A stretch of DNA of 64,000 nt. Source: an uncultured bacterium. GTDB lineage: Bacteria; Vulcanimicrobiota; JAJTBE01; CAYNGH01. The notes under the pieces were generated by a model. The model ran no database searches. It saw only the letters and a list, made by a program, of their open reading frames with translations, and was not told where the DNA came from. Where the stretch lies: positions 2,992 through 66,991 of the forward strand of contig CAYNGH010000003.1 in NCBI GenBank assembly GCA_964396845.1. Direction: 5' to 3'. This document shows, piece by piece, positions 9,139 to 17,731 of this stretch (the stretch's first letter is position 1; the number at the start of each line of letters is the position of its first letter). A program made the position numbers and the translations under genes.

Positions 9139-10227
9139 TTATGGTTTTCTCTTCTCGGAATTTTTTTTACCCAATAAAACCCTCAACTGAATACCGGCCA
9201 TCTCAAAAAATGCTGAAACATCAGTGAAAATTTGCGCCGTATCTACCCAGCAGGGACGAAAACAATCCCGGCAGTTTTCCCGGATCACTGCAACACCGGC
9301 ATCTTTACAGTGGCTTCTGAACTTCTCTACAAAATCATCATCGGCAACAAACCCCTCCACCCCGGCCCAACCCCGGTGACGATGGCAAATGGAAAAACCC
9401 CCGTCAGGCCCTACAGAAAAATACAACCCTCCCGCAAGGCATTTCCATTCAACCCTCTTCCCTGACAGAAGCTCCCCCGCCTTCTTTAAATATACACTGG
9501 AATTGAACAACGGCGCACCCCGGGACTTTTTTTCCCTAAGTCCCCAAAAAATCTCCTCCACCCGGCCTTTCTGCTCATCAGACAAATGATATGAAGTCAG
9601 GCTCTTGCTGTCAACAAGACAGGCCCCCCCCATATTCTGCGCCTCCAGGGGAATCAAAGACAAATAAAAGCCCACACTTCCGGCATAATCGAGAATATCA
9701 TCCAGCTCATCAAGGTTATGCCGGGACACCACAGTGTTAATCAAACCCAAACCTCCGACCCTCTTCAACCGGGATGAAAGGTGAGATATGGAAGACTTTA
9801 CCTTCTCAAGAACACCCTTTGTCCCGGCAACCTCATCCAGCCGGCGGGAATCAAGGCTGTCCAGAGATACGGAAAACCCCCTGCAACCCGCATCAATCAC
9901 CCGGTCCAGAAGTCCATGATCCTCAATAACCCCGTTGGTGAGAACCCTCACCGACATCCCCCGCCGGGCAAAAGACTCCACCGCCTGGGCCAGATCATCC
10001 CGCACCAGAGGCTCACCGCCACCCACAGAAACCGCCTGCACACCCAACCGCCTCAGGTTTTCCGCCATTCTGTCAATCTGGGCCAGGGTCATGTCACCGG
10101 CAGAATCCCCAGTCTTCCAAATACCGCACATACCACACCGCAAATTACAGCGATGGGTTATTCCAAAATGAACATAAACGGGACAATCCCCGGTTATTAA
10201 TGCCCTGCCGATTACAAAGGGATTCAT
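9139..10227 (-). CDS. radical SAM enzyme with Cys-rich C-terminal SPASM/twitch-like auxiliary-cluster region
   Basis: 362 aa. CNLRCGMC (CxxxCxxC) at residues 27-34, GGGEPL glycine-rich SAM motif. C-terminal cysteines C-x18-C (CLAGGLYFSVGPDGGFSIC) and C-x2-C-x3-C (CRDCFRPC) are consistent with a partial SPASM or twitch domain. Confidence 0.8.
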   Translation of the reverse strand: MNPFVIGRALITGDCPVYVHFGITHRCNLRCGMCGIWKTGDSAGDMTLAQIDRMAENLRRLGVQAVSVGGGEPLVRDDLAQAVESFARRGMSVRVLTNGVIEDHGLLDRVIDAGCRGFSVSLDSLDSRRLDEVAGTKGVLEKVKSSISHLSSRLKRVGGLGLINTVVSRHNLDELDDILDYAGSVGFYLSLIPLEAQNMGGACLVDSKSLTSYHLSDEQKGRVEEIFWGLREKKSRGAPLFNSSVYLKKAGELLSGKRVEWKCLAGGLYFSVGPDGGFSICHRHRGWAGVEGFVADDDFVEKFRSHCKDAGVAVIRENCRDCFRPCWVDTAQIFTDVSAFFEMAGIQLRVLLGKKNSEKRKP

Positions 10228-10322
10228 AATCCAATTTTATCACAAATTTAACTTTGCAGGGTGATATTCTGGAGTATTTTTTTGTTAACCAGACAATTAA
10301 GCCCTCGAGGACAAAACATGAA

Positions 10323-11051
10323 ATGAACCTGCAACCGGTCCAGCGGATTAAAAACCGCATCAGCACCATCGAAAGCCGAATTCGAAGCCTCTCCGGAGGT
10401 AACTTTGCCGGGGATTCATTTGGCAGTTCCCTGAAAACAGTCAGCGCAAATTCAACATCCCGCCCGGCACTATCTATTCCCACCGCCACAACCACCAAAA
10501 CAACAACAGAAACATCCCCTTCACCCAAGCCCGATAACACCGCCACACCAACACTGAAAACCCGGCACAGCCAAACTCCCATTGAACAAAACCCGGACCT
10601 GCACAAATGGAAAGTCCTGGCCACAGTCATGGAAAGCAGTGAGATTGACGAATCCATCAAAGCCGCCACCATGACAGCCCTGAAATCCCAGAGAACAACA
10701 CCGCCCACAGATCCCCTCAAGGAAACCCTGAAAACAAACCCGGAAAAAATCGTCGAATTTGACGGATTCACCATGCAAGCCCAAACCGCCGTCAAATTCC
10801 GACAACTCAAAACCCTCATAAATAAAAGATTCCCCAACCGGGAAATCCACGTGACATCCACCATGGGAGGAAGACATATCTCACCGGCACACCCCCAGGG
10901 CAGAGCCATCGACTTTGTGGTGGATCACCTCACTATACCCGAATCGATAGAAGTTGAAAAAATGGCCACAAAATGTGGATTCCACGCCTTCAATGAGTAT
11001 ATCCACGATAGCCCCTATAAAACAGGACCACATATGCACGTGGAGTTGTGA
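10323..11051 (+). CDS. peptidase M15 (VanY/L-Ala-D-Glu peptidase-like) domain protein with conserved N-terminal helix motif and Thr/Pro-rich linker
   Basis: C-terminal SPAHPQGRAIDFVVD (H-x-x-G-x-A-x-D) and EYIHD...HMHVE (E-x-x-H, HxH) match M15 zinc-peptidase motifs. Middle region is low-complexity T/P/S-rich. Track ORF begins at TTG 10254; ATG 10323 (MNLQPVQRIKNRISTIESRIRSL) is my preferred start. Confidence 0.5.
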   Translation: MNLQPVQRIKNRISTIESRIRSLSGGNFAGDSFGSSLKTVSANSTSRPALSIPTATTTKTTTETSPSPKPDNTATPTLKTRHSQTPIEQNPDLHKWKVLATVMESSEIDESIKAATMTALKSQRTTPPTDPLKETLKTNPEKIVEFDGFTMQAQTAVKFRQLKTLINKRFPNREIHVTSTMGGRHISPAHPQGRAIDFVVDHLTIPESIEVEKMATKCGFHAFNEYIHDSPYKTGPHMHVEL

Positions 11052-11095
11052 AAAGCACGATAGATGGACTACAAAAAAGCGGTGTGATGCAAGAT

Positions 11096-11142
11096 TTGGT
11101 TTGTGTTGGTTTGGTTTGGTTTGGTTTGGTTTGGTTTGGTTT
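11096..11142. repeat. pentanucleotide microsatellite (TGGTT)n, ~9 units
   Basis: Direct reading: gtgttggtttggtttggtttggtttggtttggtttggttttttc, in the 3' intergenic region after the M15-like gene. Confidence 0.9.
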
Positions 11143-11195
11143 TTTCGGGGGAACCTTTTTCGAGAAAAAGGCTTCCCCCGAACCCCCTCCAAAAA

Positions 11196-11248
11196 GCTTT
11201 AAATCACAGTAATCACCGCATTTTTAATGCCTGGTGATTACTGTAAAT
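11196..11248 (+). terminator. rho-independent terminator
   Basis: ACAGTAATCACC-gcatttttaatgcct-GGTGATTACTGT followed by AAATTTTTT; perfect 12-bp stem. Confidence 0.6.
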
Positions 11249-11268
11249 TTTTTGTGTAAAGAGTCGCC

Positions 11269-11463
11269 TTATTTCTTTTTTTCACTGCTTCCATTGTTTC
11301 CTTGGTTTTGTGGGTTCTGGTTTGCACTGTCACTTTTTGTCTGAATATCAGGTTTCACAGGTAAATCACTTCTACGAGGCGGTTTGTGTATCGAGTTTTT
11401 GGGAATATAGAAATTATCAGATTTAAGCACTTTTCCATTATTGCTGGGCTCATTTTTACACAT
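11269..11463 (-). CDS. hypothetical small basic Asn/Gln/Lys-rich protein (AT-rich islet)
   Basis: 64-aa ORF 14 bp upstream of... correction: it lies 14 bp beyond the stop of the 178-aa membrane-protein ORF on the same strand, inside a ~1-kb low-GC segment. No family recognised; could be non-coding. Confidence 0.3.
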   Translation of the reverse strand: MCKNEPSNNGKVLKSDNFYIPKNSIHKPPRRSDLPVKPDIQTKSDSANQNPQNQGNNGSSEKKK

Positions 11464-11477
11464 TGCCTTACTCCTTT

Positions 11478-12014
11478 CTATGTAATAGAATATATCAACA
11501 AAACAGATCCAACAATTAAGAATAAAATAGAATATGATTCAAAGATTATAATCCACTCTGTCATCCAAGAAGAACTATTATCATTATCTTTGGAATTTAA
11601 CTGTTCTTCTTCTTTGTCCTTGTTTTGCAGTTGTTTTTTCATCATTTCATAATCTTTATCAAGCTTGTCCAACATCTCTTCACAGGCTTGTTTACTAAAT
11701 TTTAATGATAATAGGGCAGACAGTAAACTAAAACCCAAAACAATCAAAAGACTAACAGCGTGATAAATACTTTTTGACTCAGTTATTGTTTTTGATAATG
11801 AAATAGAAAATCCAAATGCACCAGCGGCAAGGGTCACCATAGAGGTGTGAAATCGAAGACTGAGTTCCAATGCACTTTTGTTAAAGTATTCGTACTTTAT
11901 CCTATGATCCTGGTAGCGTAGAAATGCCTCCTGATAATCGTTGTTGTTATCATTGTTATTAACTAAGACAAACTGAGGTCTTTTCTTTTTCCTTCTTGGA
12001 TATAATCCATTCAA
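11478..12014 (-). CDS. hypothetical membrane protein: Asn-rich N-terminus, two central TM helices, coiled-coil, C-terminal TM helix
   Basis: 178 aa. TM segments MVTLAAGAFGFSISL, AVSLLIVLGFSLLSALLSL and WIIIFESYSILFLIVGSVLLIYSI; KQLQNKDKEEEQLNSKD coiled-coil region. Located in the AT-rich islet. Confidence 0.45.
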   Translation of the reverse strand: MNGLYPRRKKKRPQFVLVNNNDNNNDYQEAFLRYQDHRIKYEYFNKSALELSLRFHTSMVTLAAGAFGFSISLSKTITESKSIYHAVSLLIVLGFSLLSALLSLKFSKQACEEMLDKLDKDYEMMKKQLQNKDKEEEQLNSKDNDNSSSWMTEWIIIFESYSILFLIVGSVLLIYSIT

Positions 12015-12285
12015 CTAACTCACCTCACCTTTTAACTGATTTTATCTTTTTATTGATCTACAACATATTATAATTATTCAACCCAATTTTTGTTTCCCTT
12101 CTTTTAAATTTCATTCAGTCTTCTCAAGACTGGATGAAATTGACATAAAGTTTTTTGGAGGGGTTTGGGGATACTTTTTTTCAAAAAAGTTTCCCCAATA
12201 AAACATAAAAGAATAAAACATAAAAGAATAAATAGAAAACAATAATCTATATCTTAATCAATAATCAAGCTGTCGGGCGGTCAGG

Positions 12286-12987
12286 TTACGAGGCGATTTC
12301 CAGTTCCACGGTTTTTCTTGCTCTATGTTCCAGTGTTCCGGAGATGTTGAGTTCTACGGTTTCTATGGCTTTGCGGTTGAGTTCTTCATCGAGGCAGGAG
12401 CCGGTTCTCATGGGTTGTGTGTAGTAGTTTTCCCCGGCCAGCATTTGGTTTTTGATGGATGCTATGTCCAGGGTATCATTGACGGGGGGATAGATTGTGG
12501 TGCGGAATTCATATTCCATCCCTGATTCCCGGCCAGCCTCCCGGATCAGGGCCATAGAGCGGATGCAGTTGCCTTCGATGCCGGGGGTGCCGGTAACTTT
12601 CTCATAGTTTCGCCAGCCGGCTTTCACATCCATTGCCACGTAATCCACAAGTCCTTGTTGCAGGAGGGTTTTGAGGGTCATGGGGTTTGAGCCGTTGGTG
12701 TCCAGTTTAATTTCCAGTCCCATCTCTTTTATCTTCCGGCAAAATTCCACCAGTCCCTGATGGATGGTAGGTTCGCCTCCGGTTATAACCACGCCGTCCA
12801 GGAAAAATTTTCGTCTTTCAATGTGATCCAGCACTTGTTGCGGGGTCAGGTTGTTCCCACCTTCCCGGATAAGTTCCGGGTTATGACAGTATGGACACCG
12901 GAAGTTGCATCCCTTTGTGAATATCATTACCGCTACTCTTCCGGGAAAGTCCAGCAGGGTCAGTTTTTGAATTCCGCCGATTATCAT
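12286..12987 (-). CDS. nrdG: anaerobic ribonucleoside-triphosphate reductase activating protein (radical SAM)
   Basis: LTLLDFPGRVAVMIFTKGCNFRCPYCHNPEL is the canonical NrdG N-terminus; 233 aa; immediately downstream of nrdD. Confidence 0.85.
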   Translation of the reverse strand: MIIGGIQKLTLLDFPGRVAVMIFTKGCNFRCPYCHNPELIREGGNNLTPQQVLDHIERRKFFLDGVVITGGEPTIHQGLVEFCRKIKEMGLEIKLDTNGSNPMTLKTLLQQGLVDYVAMDVKAGWRNYEKVTGTPGIEGNCIRSMALIREAGRESGMEYEFRTTIYPPVNDTLDIASIKNQMLAGENYYTQPMRTGSCLDEELNRKAIETVELNISGTLEHRARKTVELEIAS

Positions 12988-13033
12988 TGCTCTATGACCT
13001 TTTCTTTATATAATGTTTTGGGTTGGGTTGGGA

Positions 13034-15100
13034 TTATGTTCCCACCGAGAAAACTTTTCTCTCCTGGTATTCTTTCTGCTTGCCTTTGTTCCATTGACGC
13101 ACAGGGCGGTGATACCCCATCACCCGTGACCAAACTTCGCATTCGTCGTTGCAATGGGGGCATTTGTGATATTCTCCCGGCAGGTAACCGTGGGCAGGAC
13201 AGATGCTGAAGGTGGGAGTGACGGTAAAATATGGCAGGCGGAAATTGTTGGACACCTTCTTTACAAGGCTCCGGCAGGATTTCCAGTTACTTATTCTTTC
13301 CCCCAGGAATATATGGAATACTGTCCCCCCGGTGTATAGAGTCTGCAATGCGTTCTGATGCTCCAGGGCGCTGATGGGATCGTCGGTGTAGCTTACGGGA
13401 AGCTGAGTTGAGTTGGTATAATATGGTGAATCTGCAGATCCTGCCTGACGGATGCCGGGGTAACGCTTCTTGTCTTCCCGGGCAAACCGGTATGTGGCCC
13501 CTTCTGCGGGGGTGGCCTCCAGATTGAACAGGTTTCCTGTTTCCTCCTGATAGTCAGCTATCCGATCCCGCATGAATACCAGCACTTCTTTGGCGAATTC
13601 CTCCCCGGCAGGTGAGGCAATATCAGAACCCAGCAGGTTCAGACAAGCTTCATTGCCACCGTTGAGGCCGATGGTGGAGAAATGATTCCGCAGGCTGTAA
13701 AGATAACGTTTGGTGAAGGGGAGGAGTCCCTTTTCATAGTTGTCGGTGATGACTTTCCGCTTGATTTCAAGGGAAGATTTTGCCAGATCCATCAGCCTGC
13801 CAAGACCGCGGAAGAATTCTTCCTTGTCGGTGGAAACATATCCCAGCCGGGCCAGGTTGATGGTGACCACTCCCACAGAACCAGTCATTTCCGAGGAGCC
13901 GAACAACCCTCCGCCCCGGGATCGAAGTTCCCGCAGATCCAATTGAAGGCGACAGCACATACTGCGGACATCGGAAGGGTTCAGGGGGGAATTGATAAAG
14001 TTCTGGAAATACGGGGTTCCGTACTTGGCGGTCATCTCGAAGAGCTTCCGGGCATTTTCGCTGTCCCAGTCAAAATCAGGAGTTATGTTGTATGTGGGGA
14101 TGGGGAAGGTGAAAATCCGTCCCTTGGAATCCCCCTCGGTCATAACCTCGATGAATGCCCTGTTGATGAGATCCATCTCCTCCTGAAGCTCGCCGTAGGT
14201 AAAATTCAGGGTCTGGCCACCGATAACCGGGGTCTTGTCCCGGAGATCCACCGGGCATACCCAGTCAAAAGTCACATTGGTGAAGGGCGTCTGAGTTCCC
14301 CATCGGGAAGGGACATTGAGATTAAAAACAAACTGCTGGATGCACTGCTTGACCCGGGGGTAATCCAGCTCCTCCAGCCGGACAAAGGGTGCCAGAAATG
14401 TATCCACCGATGAGAATGCCTGAGCCCCTGCCCATTCGTTCTGAAGAGTTCCCAGGAAGTTCACCATCTGAGCCACTGCAGTTTCCAGATGCTTAGGAGG
14501 CTTGGATTCCACTTTGCCGGGGACTCCGTTGAAGCCTTCCTGCAGGAGTTGCCTCAGGCTCCAGCCGGCGCAGTATCCTGAGAACATATCCAGGTCGTGA
14601 ATGTGCATATCGCCGTTGGTGTGGGCTTCCCGTATTTCCTCGGGATACACATAATTAAGCCAGTAATTGGCGATAATCTTCCCCGCGGTATTTAGAATCA
14701 TCCCCCCCAGGGAATAATCCTGATTGGCGTTAGCCTTGACCCGCCAGTCACTGCGAGAGAGGTATTCATCAATAGTCTTGCTGACCTCCACGGCAACACT
14801 GTTTGCCTGGCGGACACTGGCCCGCTTTTCCCGGTACACTATATAAGCCCGGGCAGTCTTGTAGTATTCAGCGGAGATAAGGGTCATCTCCACCAGATCC
14901 TGTATCTGCTCTACAGTAATTTCCTTGATAAACCTCCGGGAGTTTATGATGCACTGGCAGACCCTGTCGGTTATATCGCCGGAGGTTCGGCCGTTAAATT
15001 CTCTGGTAACTGATGCCGCCTTGGTTATGGCTTTTTCTATTCTCTCTTTTTCAAAAGGGATCCGGTCCCCGTTTCTTTTTACTACCATTGGTAAACTCAT
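13034..15100 (-). CDS. nrdD: anaerobic ribonucleoside-triphosphate reductase (class III)
   Basis: 688 aa. ATP-cone-like N-terminus (VVKRNGDRIPFEKERIEKAI), and a C-terminal Zn-ribbon CPHCNDEC...C plus glycyl-radical region (RVMGYHRPV) as in NrdD. Confidence 0.9.
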   Translation of the reverse strand: MSLPMVVKRNGDRIPFEKERIEKAITKAASVTREFNGRTSGDITDRVCQCIINSRRFIKEITVEQIQDLVEMTLISAEYYKTARAYIVYREKRASVRQANSVAVEVSKTIDEYLSRSDWRVKANANQDYSLGGMILNTAGKIIANYWLNYVYPEEIREAHTNGDMHIHDLDMFSGYCAGWSLRQLLQEGFNGVPGKVESKPPKHLETAVAQMVNFLGTLQNEWAGAQAFSSVDTFLAPFVRLEELDYPRVKQCIQQFVFNLNVPSRWGTQTPFTNVTFDWVCPVDLRDKTPVIGGQTLNFTYGELQEEMDLINRAFIEVMTEGDSKGRIFTFPIPTYNITPDFDWDSENARKLFEMTAKYGTPYFQNFINSPLNPSDVRSMCCRLQLDLRELRSRGGGLFGSSEMTGSVGVVTINLARLGYVSTDKEEFFRGLGRLMDLAKSSLEIKRKVITDNYEKGLLPFTKRYLYSLRNHFSTIGLNGGNEACLNLLGSDIASPAGEEFAKEVLVFMRDRIADYQEETGNLFNLEATPAEGATYRFAREDKKRYPGIRQAGSADSPYYTNSTQLPVSYTDDPISALEHQNALQTLYTGGTVFHIFLGERISNWKSCRSLVKKVSNNFRLPYFTVTPTFSICPAHGYLPGEYHKCPHCNDECEVWSRVMGYHRPVRQWNKGKQKEYQERKVFSVGT

Positions 15101-15796
15101 TGTATCCTCCCAAACAGATAGTCACTTGTCGATTAAAAACTCTGTCCTTGACAGACCAAAAAGGCATCACTTAACCAGGGCATACAGCAATTAAAGCTGA
15201 AAAAACATCCCGTCTTTGCGTTCTCCCTCGCCTTTGATTACAGCCGGCTCCCGGGGTTTTGAGGTTTCAATCCCTAAAAATCCCTTATTGAATCCGGCAG
15301 ATGCATTTTGTAACCAATTTGTTAATTTTAATTCTATATTTTGGCGTGTCGGACTTTCCTGATTGAATAACTATTTGGATAAAACATCTGTCATCACCTT
15401 CTTATTTTTGTATTGAATATAAAAAAATTTTTGTTGAATTAAATTAAAAACCACCCCTGCCTACATGGGTACATACATAGAAATGATGAATAGGGATCAT
15501 AAACCGATGAACTTGATGATTCTGCACAGAAAAAGGAATAATAATATTGAAGACCCCGGGGATGTTTCCCGATGATGACAGGGTGTATCCGGAAGTGCGA
15601 TTATAAAAAATATGTGAATTTATATCTATTTTTGTATTTTAATATTAGTTTCGCCAGAAGTATTGATGATGGCTGCAAAATAATTTATTTTGATATTTGC
15701 TTTTTATGGGGATAACTAAACAAACCTTGATATGGCAGGCTTTTTGCTGTCTTTTATTATAAAAATCGAATAAAAACAAAGAAAAACATAATGTTA

Positions 15797-15836
15797 TAAT
15801 AAAAAAACCCTGTTTTTTTAAAAACAGGGCAGGAGT
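15797..15836 (-). terminator. rho-independent terminator after the dehydrogenase gene (symmetrical, possibly bidirectional)
   Basis: AAAAAAACCCTGTTTTT-tt-AAAAACAGGGCAGG: 10-bp stem flanked by A-run and T-run. Confidence 0.55.
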
Positions 15837-15864
15837 TTTCTGATAAGCGACAATACAATTCGCA

Positions 15865-16782
15865 TCAATATTTCACCAGGATTCTCAGGGGACGGCGGGA
15901 TTCATTTTTTATCCTGTCAAACAAACCAGGCAATTCATCCGTGGAAACCTCTTCTGTAAACATAGTTTCTAATAATTGTTCATAGCCTTCCACATTGTCA
16001 AAAAACCACCGGGCATAAACATGACTGTCAGGATCAAAGCTGGTGGAGAAAAGCTGAAGGTCCCGGCGGTAAAACTCTCTGCTGAGAACCAGTTCTTCAG
16101 GCACTGTATCGGCAATAACAGATATACTCCCCCCGGGAAGCATCCTGGACTGGATCCTCTGGAAGGATTCATTGCTGTTGGAACACTCAAAGGCCACAGG
16201 ATAAAGGCCTCCTACATCCACAGACTCTTCCGGGGTGACAGCAAAGCGGGCTCCCAGTCCCCGGGCCAGCTCACGGCGTTCATCCACCGGCTCTATCACA
16301 TCCACATATTCCTTGCCGGAAGCCTTCAGGACAAACAGAGTAAAAAGTCCCCTCATACCTGCTCCGGAAATAAGAACCGGTTTCCTGGGCCTCGGATTGA
16401 CCTTTCGTATGCCTCCCACCACCTGGGAAGATATGCCAGACAAAAGAGCAATGCGATGGCTCACGCCTTCGGGCACCACGATAACCTGATCCTGATCTGT
16501 TAGGCCCTCTTCCCGGTGGCCATAAAAAGCCAGCACCTGATCTCCCGGTTTTATCCTTTTTACATCAGGGCCACAACGGGTCACCCTGCCCAGGACCTCC
16601 CAGCCCATGAAACGGGGATAATCTCCGGGAACCTGCCCGGTGAATATGGGAAGCTGGGATCCCGCATCCACGGCGCTGTATTCAGTTTTAATCAGCACCT
16701 GCCCGCCTTCTGGAGCAGGCAGTTCAATCTCTTCCCAGGACAGCCTGCCCTGGCTTATTAATTGCAAGGCCCTGATTTTCAT
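15865..16782 (-). CDS. medium-chain (zinc-type/MDR) alcohol dehydrogenase-like oxidoreductase
   Basis: From internal start MKIRALQLISQGRLSWEEIELPAPEGGQVLIKTEYSAV...; later VLISGAGMRGLFTLFVLKASG Rossmann motif. The track ORF extends 32 codons further upstream without support. Confidence 0.7.
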   Translation of the reverse strand: MKIRALQLISQGRLSWEEIELPAPEGGQVLIKTEYSAVDAGSQLPIFTGQVPGDYPRFMGWEVLGRVTRCGPDVKRIKPGDQVLAFYGHREEGLTDQDQVIVVPEGVSHRIALLSGISSQVVGGIRKVNPRPRKPVLISGAGMRGLFTLFVLKASGKEYVDVIEPVDERRELARGLGARFAVTPEESVDVGGLYPVAFECSNSNESFQRIQSRMLPGGSISVIADTVPEELVLSREFYRRDLQLFSTSFDPDSHVYARWFFDNVEGYEQLLETMFTEEVSTDELPGLFDRIKNESRRPLRILVKY

Positions 16783-16974
16783 TTTGATTCCCCCCATCTG
16801 AAATGGGAAATACCAGTTGGGACGGCAATGATCCAATAGCCCACGGCTTCCGGCCCTGGCGGGCATCGGCCTGGCCATGTCATTTCCTTTCCCTCCAGAA
16901 AAATATTATCGCTGTGAAACAGTCAGCCTGAATAATCGGAACTGTTTAATCAGACATTAAATTCTCAAGACTCC

Positions 16975-17649
16975 TCAGGTCAGAGGATCGATTCCACCCC
17001 GCATAAGATTCTTTAGAAACTTCACCTTGTTGAGGCTGTTGATGACCAGCTCAAGGATTTTTCTGGAAATATCCTCAACATCCTGGCTCCCGTCGAGAAC
17101 TCGGAATCTGTCGGGTTCTTCCCGGGATATAAAATGGTAACCTTCCCGCACACGGTGGAAAAAGTCCAGGGTTTCCTTTTCGATACGGTCTGCGGGTTTT
17201 TCCAGCTCCTGGATCCGGTTATAAACCCTGGTGAGTCCCTGGGCCGGGTCCAGATCCAGAAAAATAGTCATATTGGGCCGTACATTCCAGGAAGCCCGAG
17301 AGCTGGTTTCCCGCACCAGATTTTCCGGAAGCCCCCTGCCAAAACACTGGTATGCAAGGGTGGCATCAGAAAAACGGTCGCAGATGACAATCTTGCCCTC
17401 CTCCAGAGAGGGGCGGATCAACCGATCCACATGCTGGGCCCTGGCGGCGCATATCAGAAACAGCTCCGTCAGGGGAGTCATATCATCATAGGAAAGATCT
17501 GTGAAGATTGTTTTAATTGCATTGCCTATGCCGGTTCCTCCCGGTTCTGATGTCAGGACGCAGGGATAGCCCTGCCGGGTAAGCTCGTCAAAGAGGACCC
17601 TGGCCTGGGTAGTCTTGCCGGCTCCCTCAAGCCCCTCAAAGGTGATCAT
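16975..17649 (-). CDS. tmk: thymidylate kinase
   Basis: MITFEGLEGAGKTTQ P-loop and DRF/DRY motif (ICDRFSDATLAYQ) typical of dTMP kinase. Start chosen at MITFEG. Confidence 0.85.
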   Translation of the reverse strand: MITFEGLEGAGKTTQARVLFDELTRQGYPCVLTSEPGGTGIGNAIKTIFTDLSYDDMTPLTELFLICAARAQHVDRLIRPSLEEGKIVICDRFSDATLAYQCFGRGLPENLVRETSSRASWNVRPNMTIFLDLDPAQGLTRVYNRIQELEKPADRIEKETLDFFHRVREGYHFISREEPDRFRVLDGSQDVEDISRKILELVINSLNKVKFLKNLMRGGIDPLT

Positions 17650-17731
17650 ATGTCCTTTCATTAAAATCCTCCAATTTTTGACTGTCAAGGGGGTTATTCA
17701 CCGCAGATGCACTCAATGCCTTCTGAATGCC

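Noticed and set aside
9139-10227. Calling the radical-SAM gene moaA or an anaerobic sulfatase maturase
   Set aside because: The GGGEPL and CxxxCxxC context is generic. Neighbours are not molybdopterin or sulfatase genes, and the C-terminal Cys spacing fits neither confidently. I leave it as a generic radical-SAM protein with a Cys-rich SPASM/twitch-like C-terminal region.
10881-11192. Minus-strand ORF encoding (KPNQT)n
   Set aside because: The repeat peptide is simply the translation of the (TGGTT)n microsatellite; there is no RBS or other support.
15101-15864. NrdR box upstream of nrdD
   Set aside because: I searched for the ACACwATATaTwGTGT-type palindrome. Only weak partial matches (for example ATATGTGAATTTATAT) were found, so I do not report a site.
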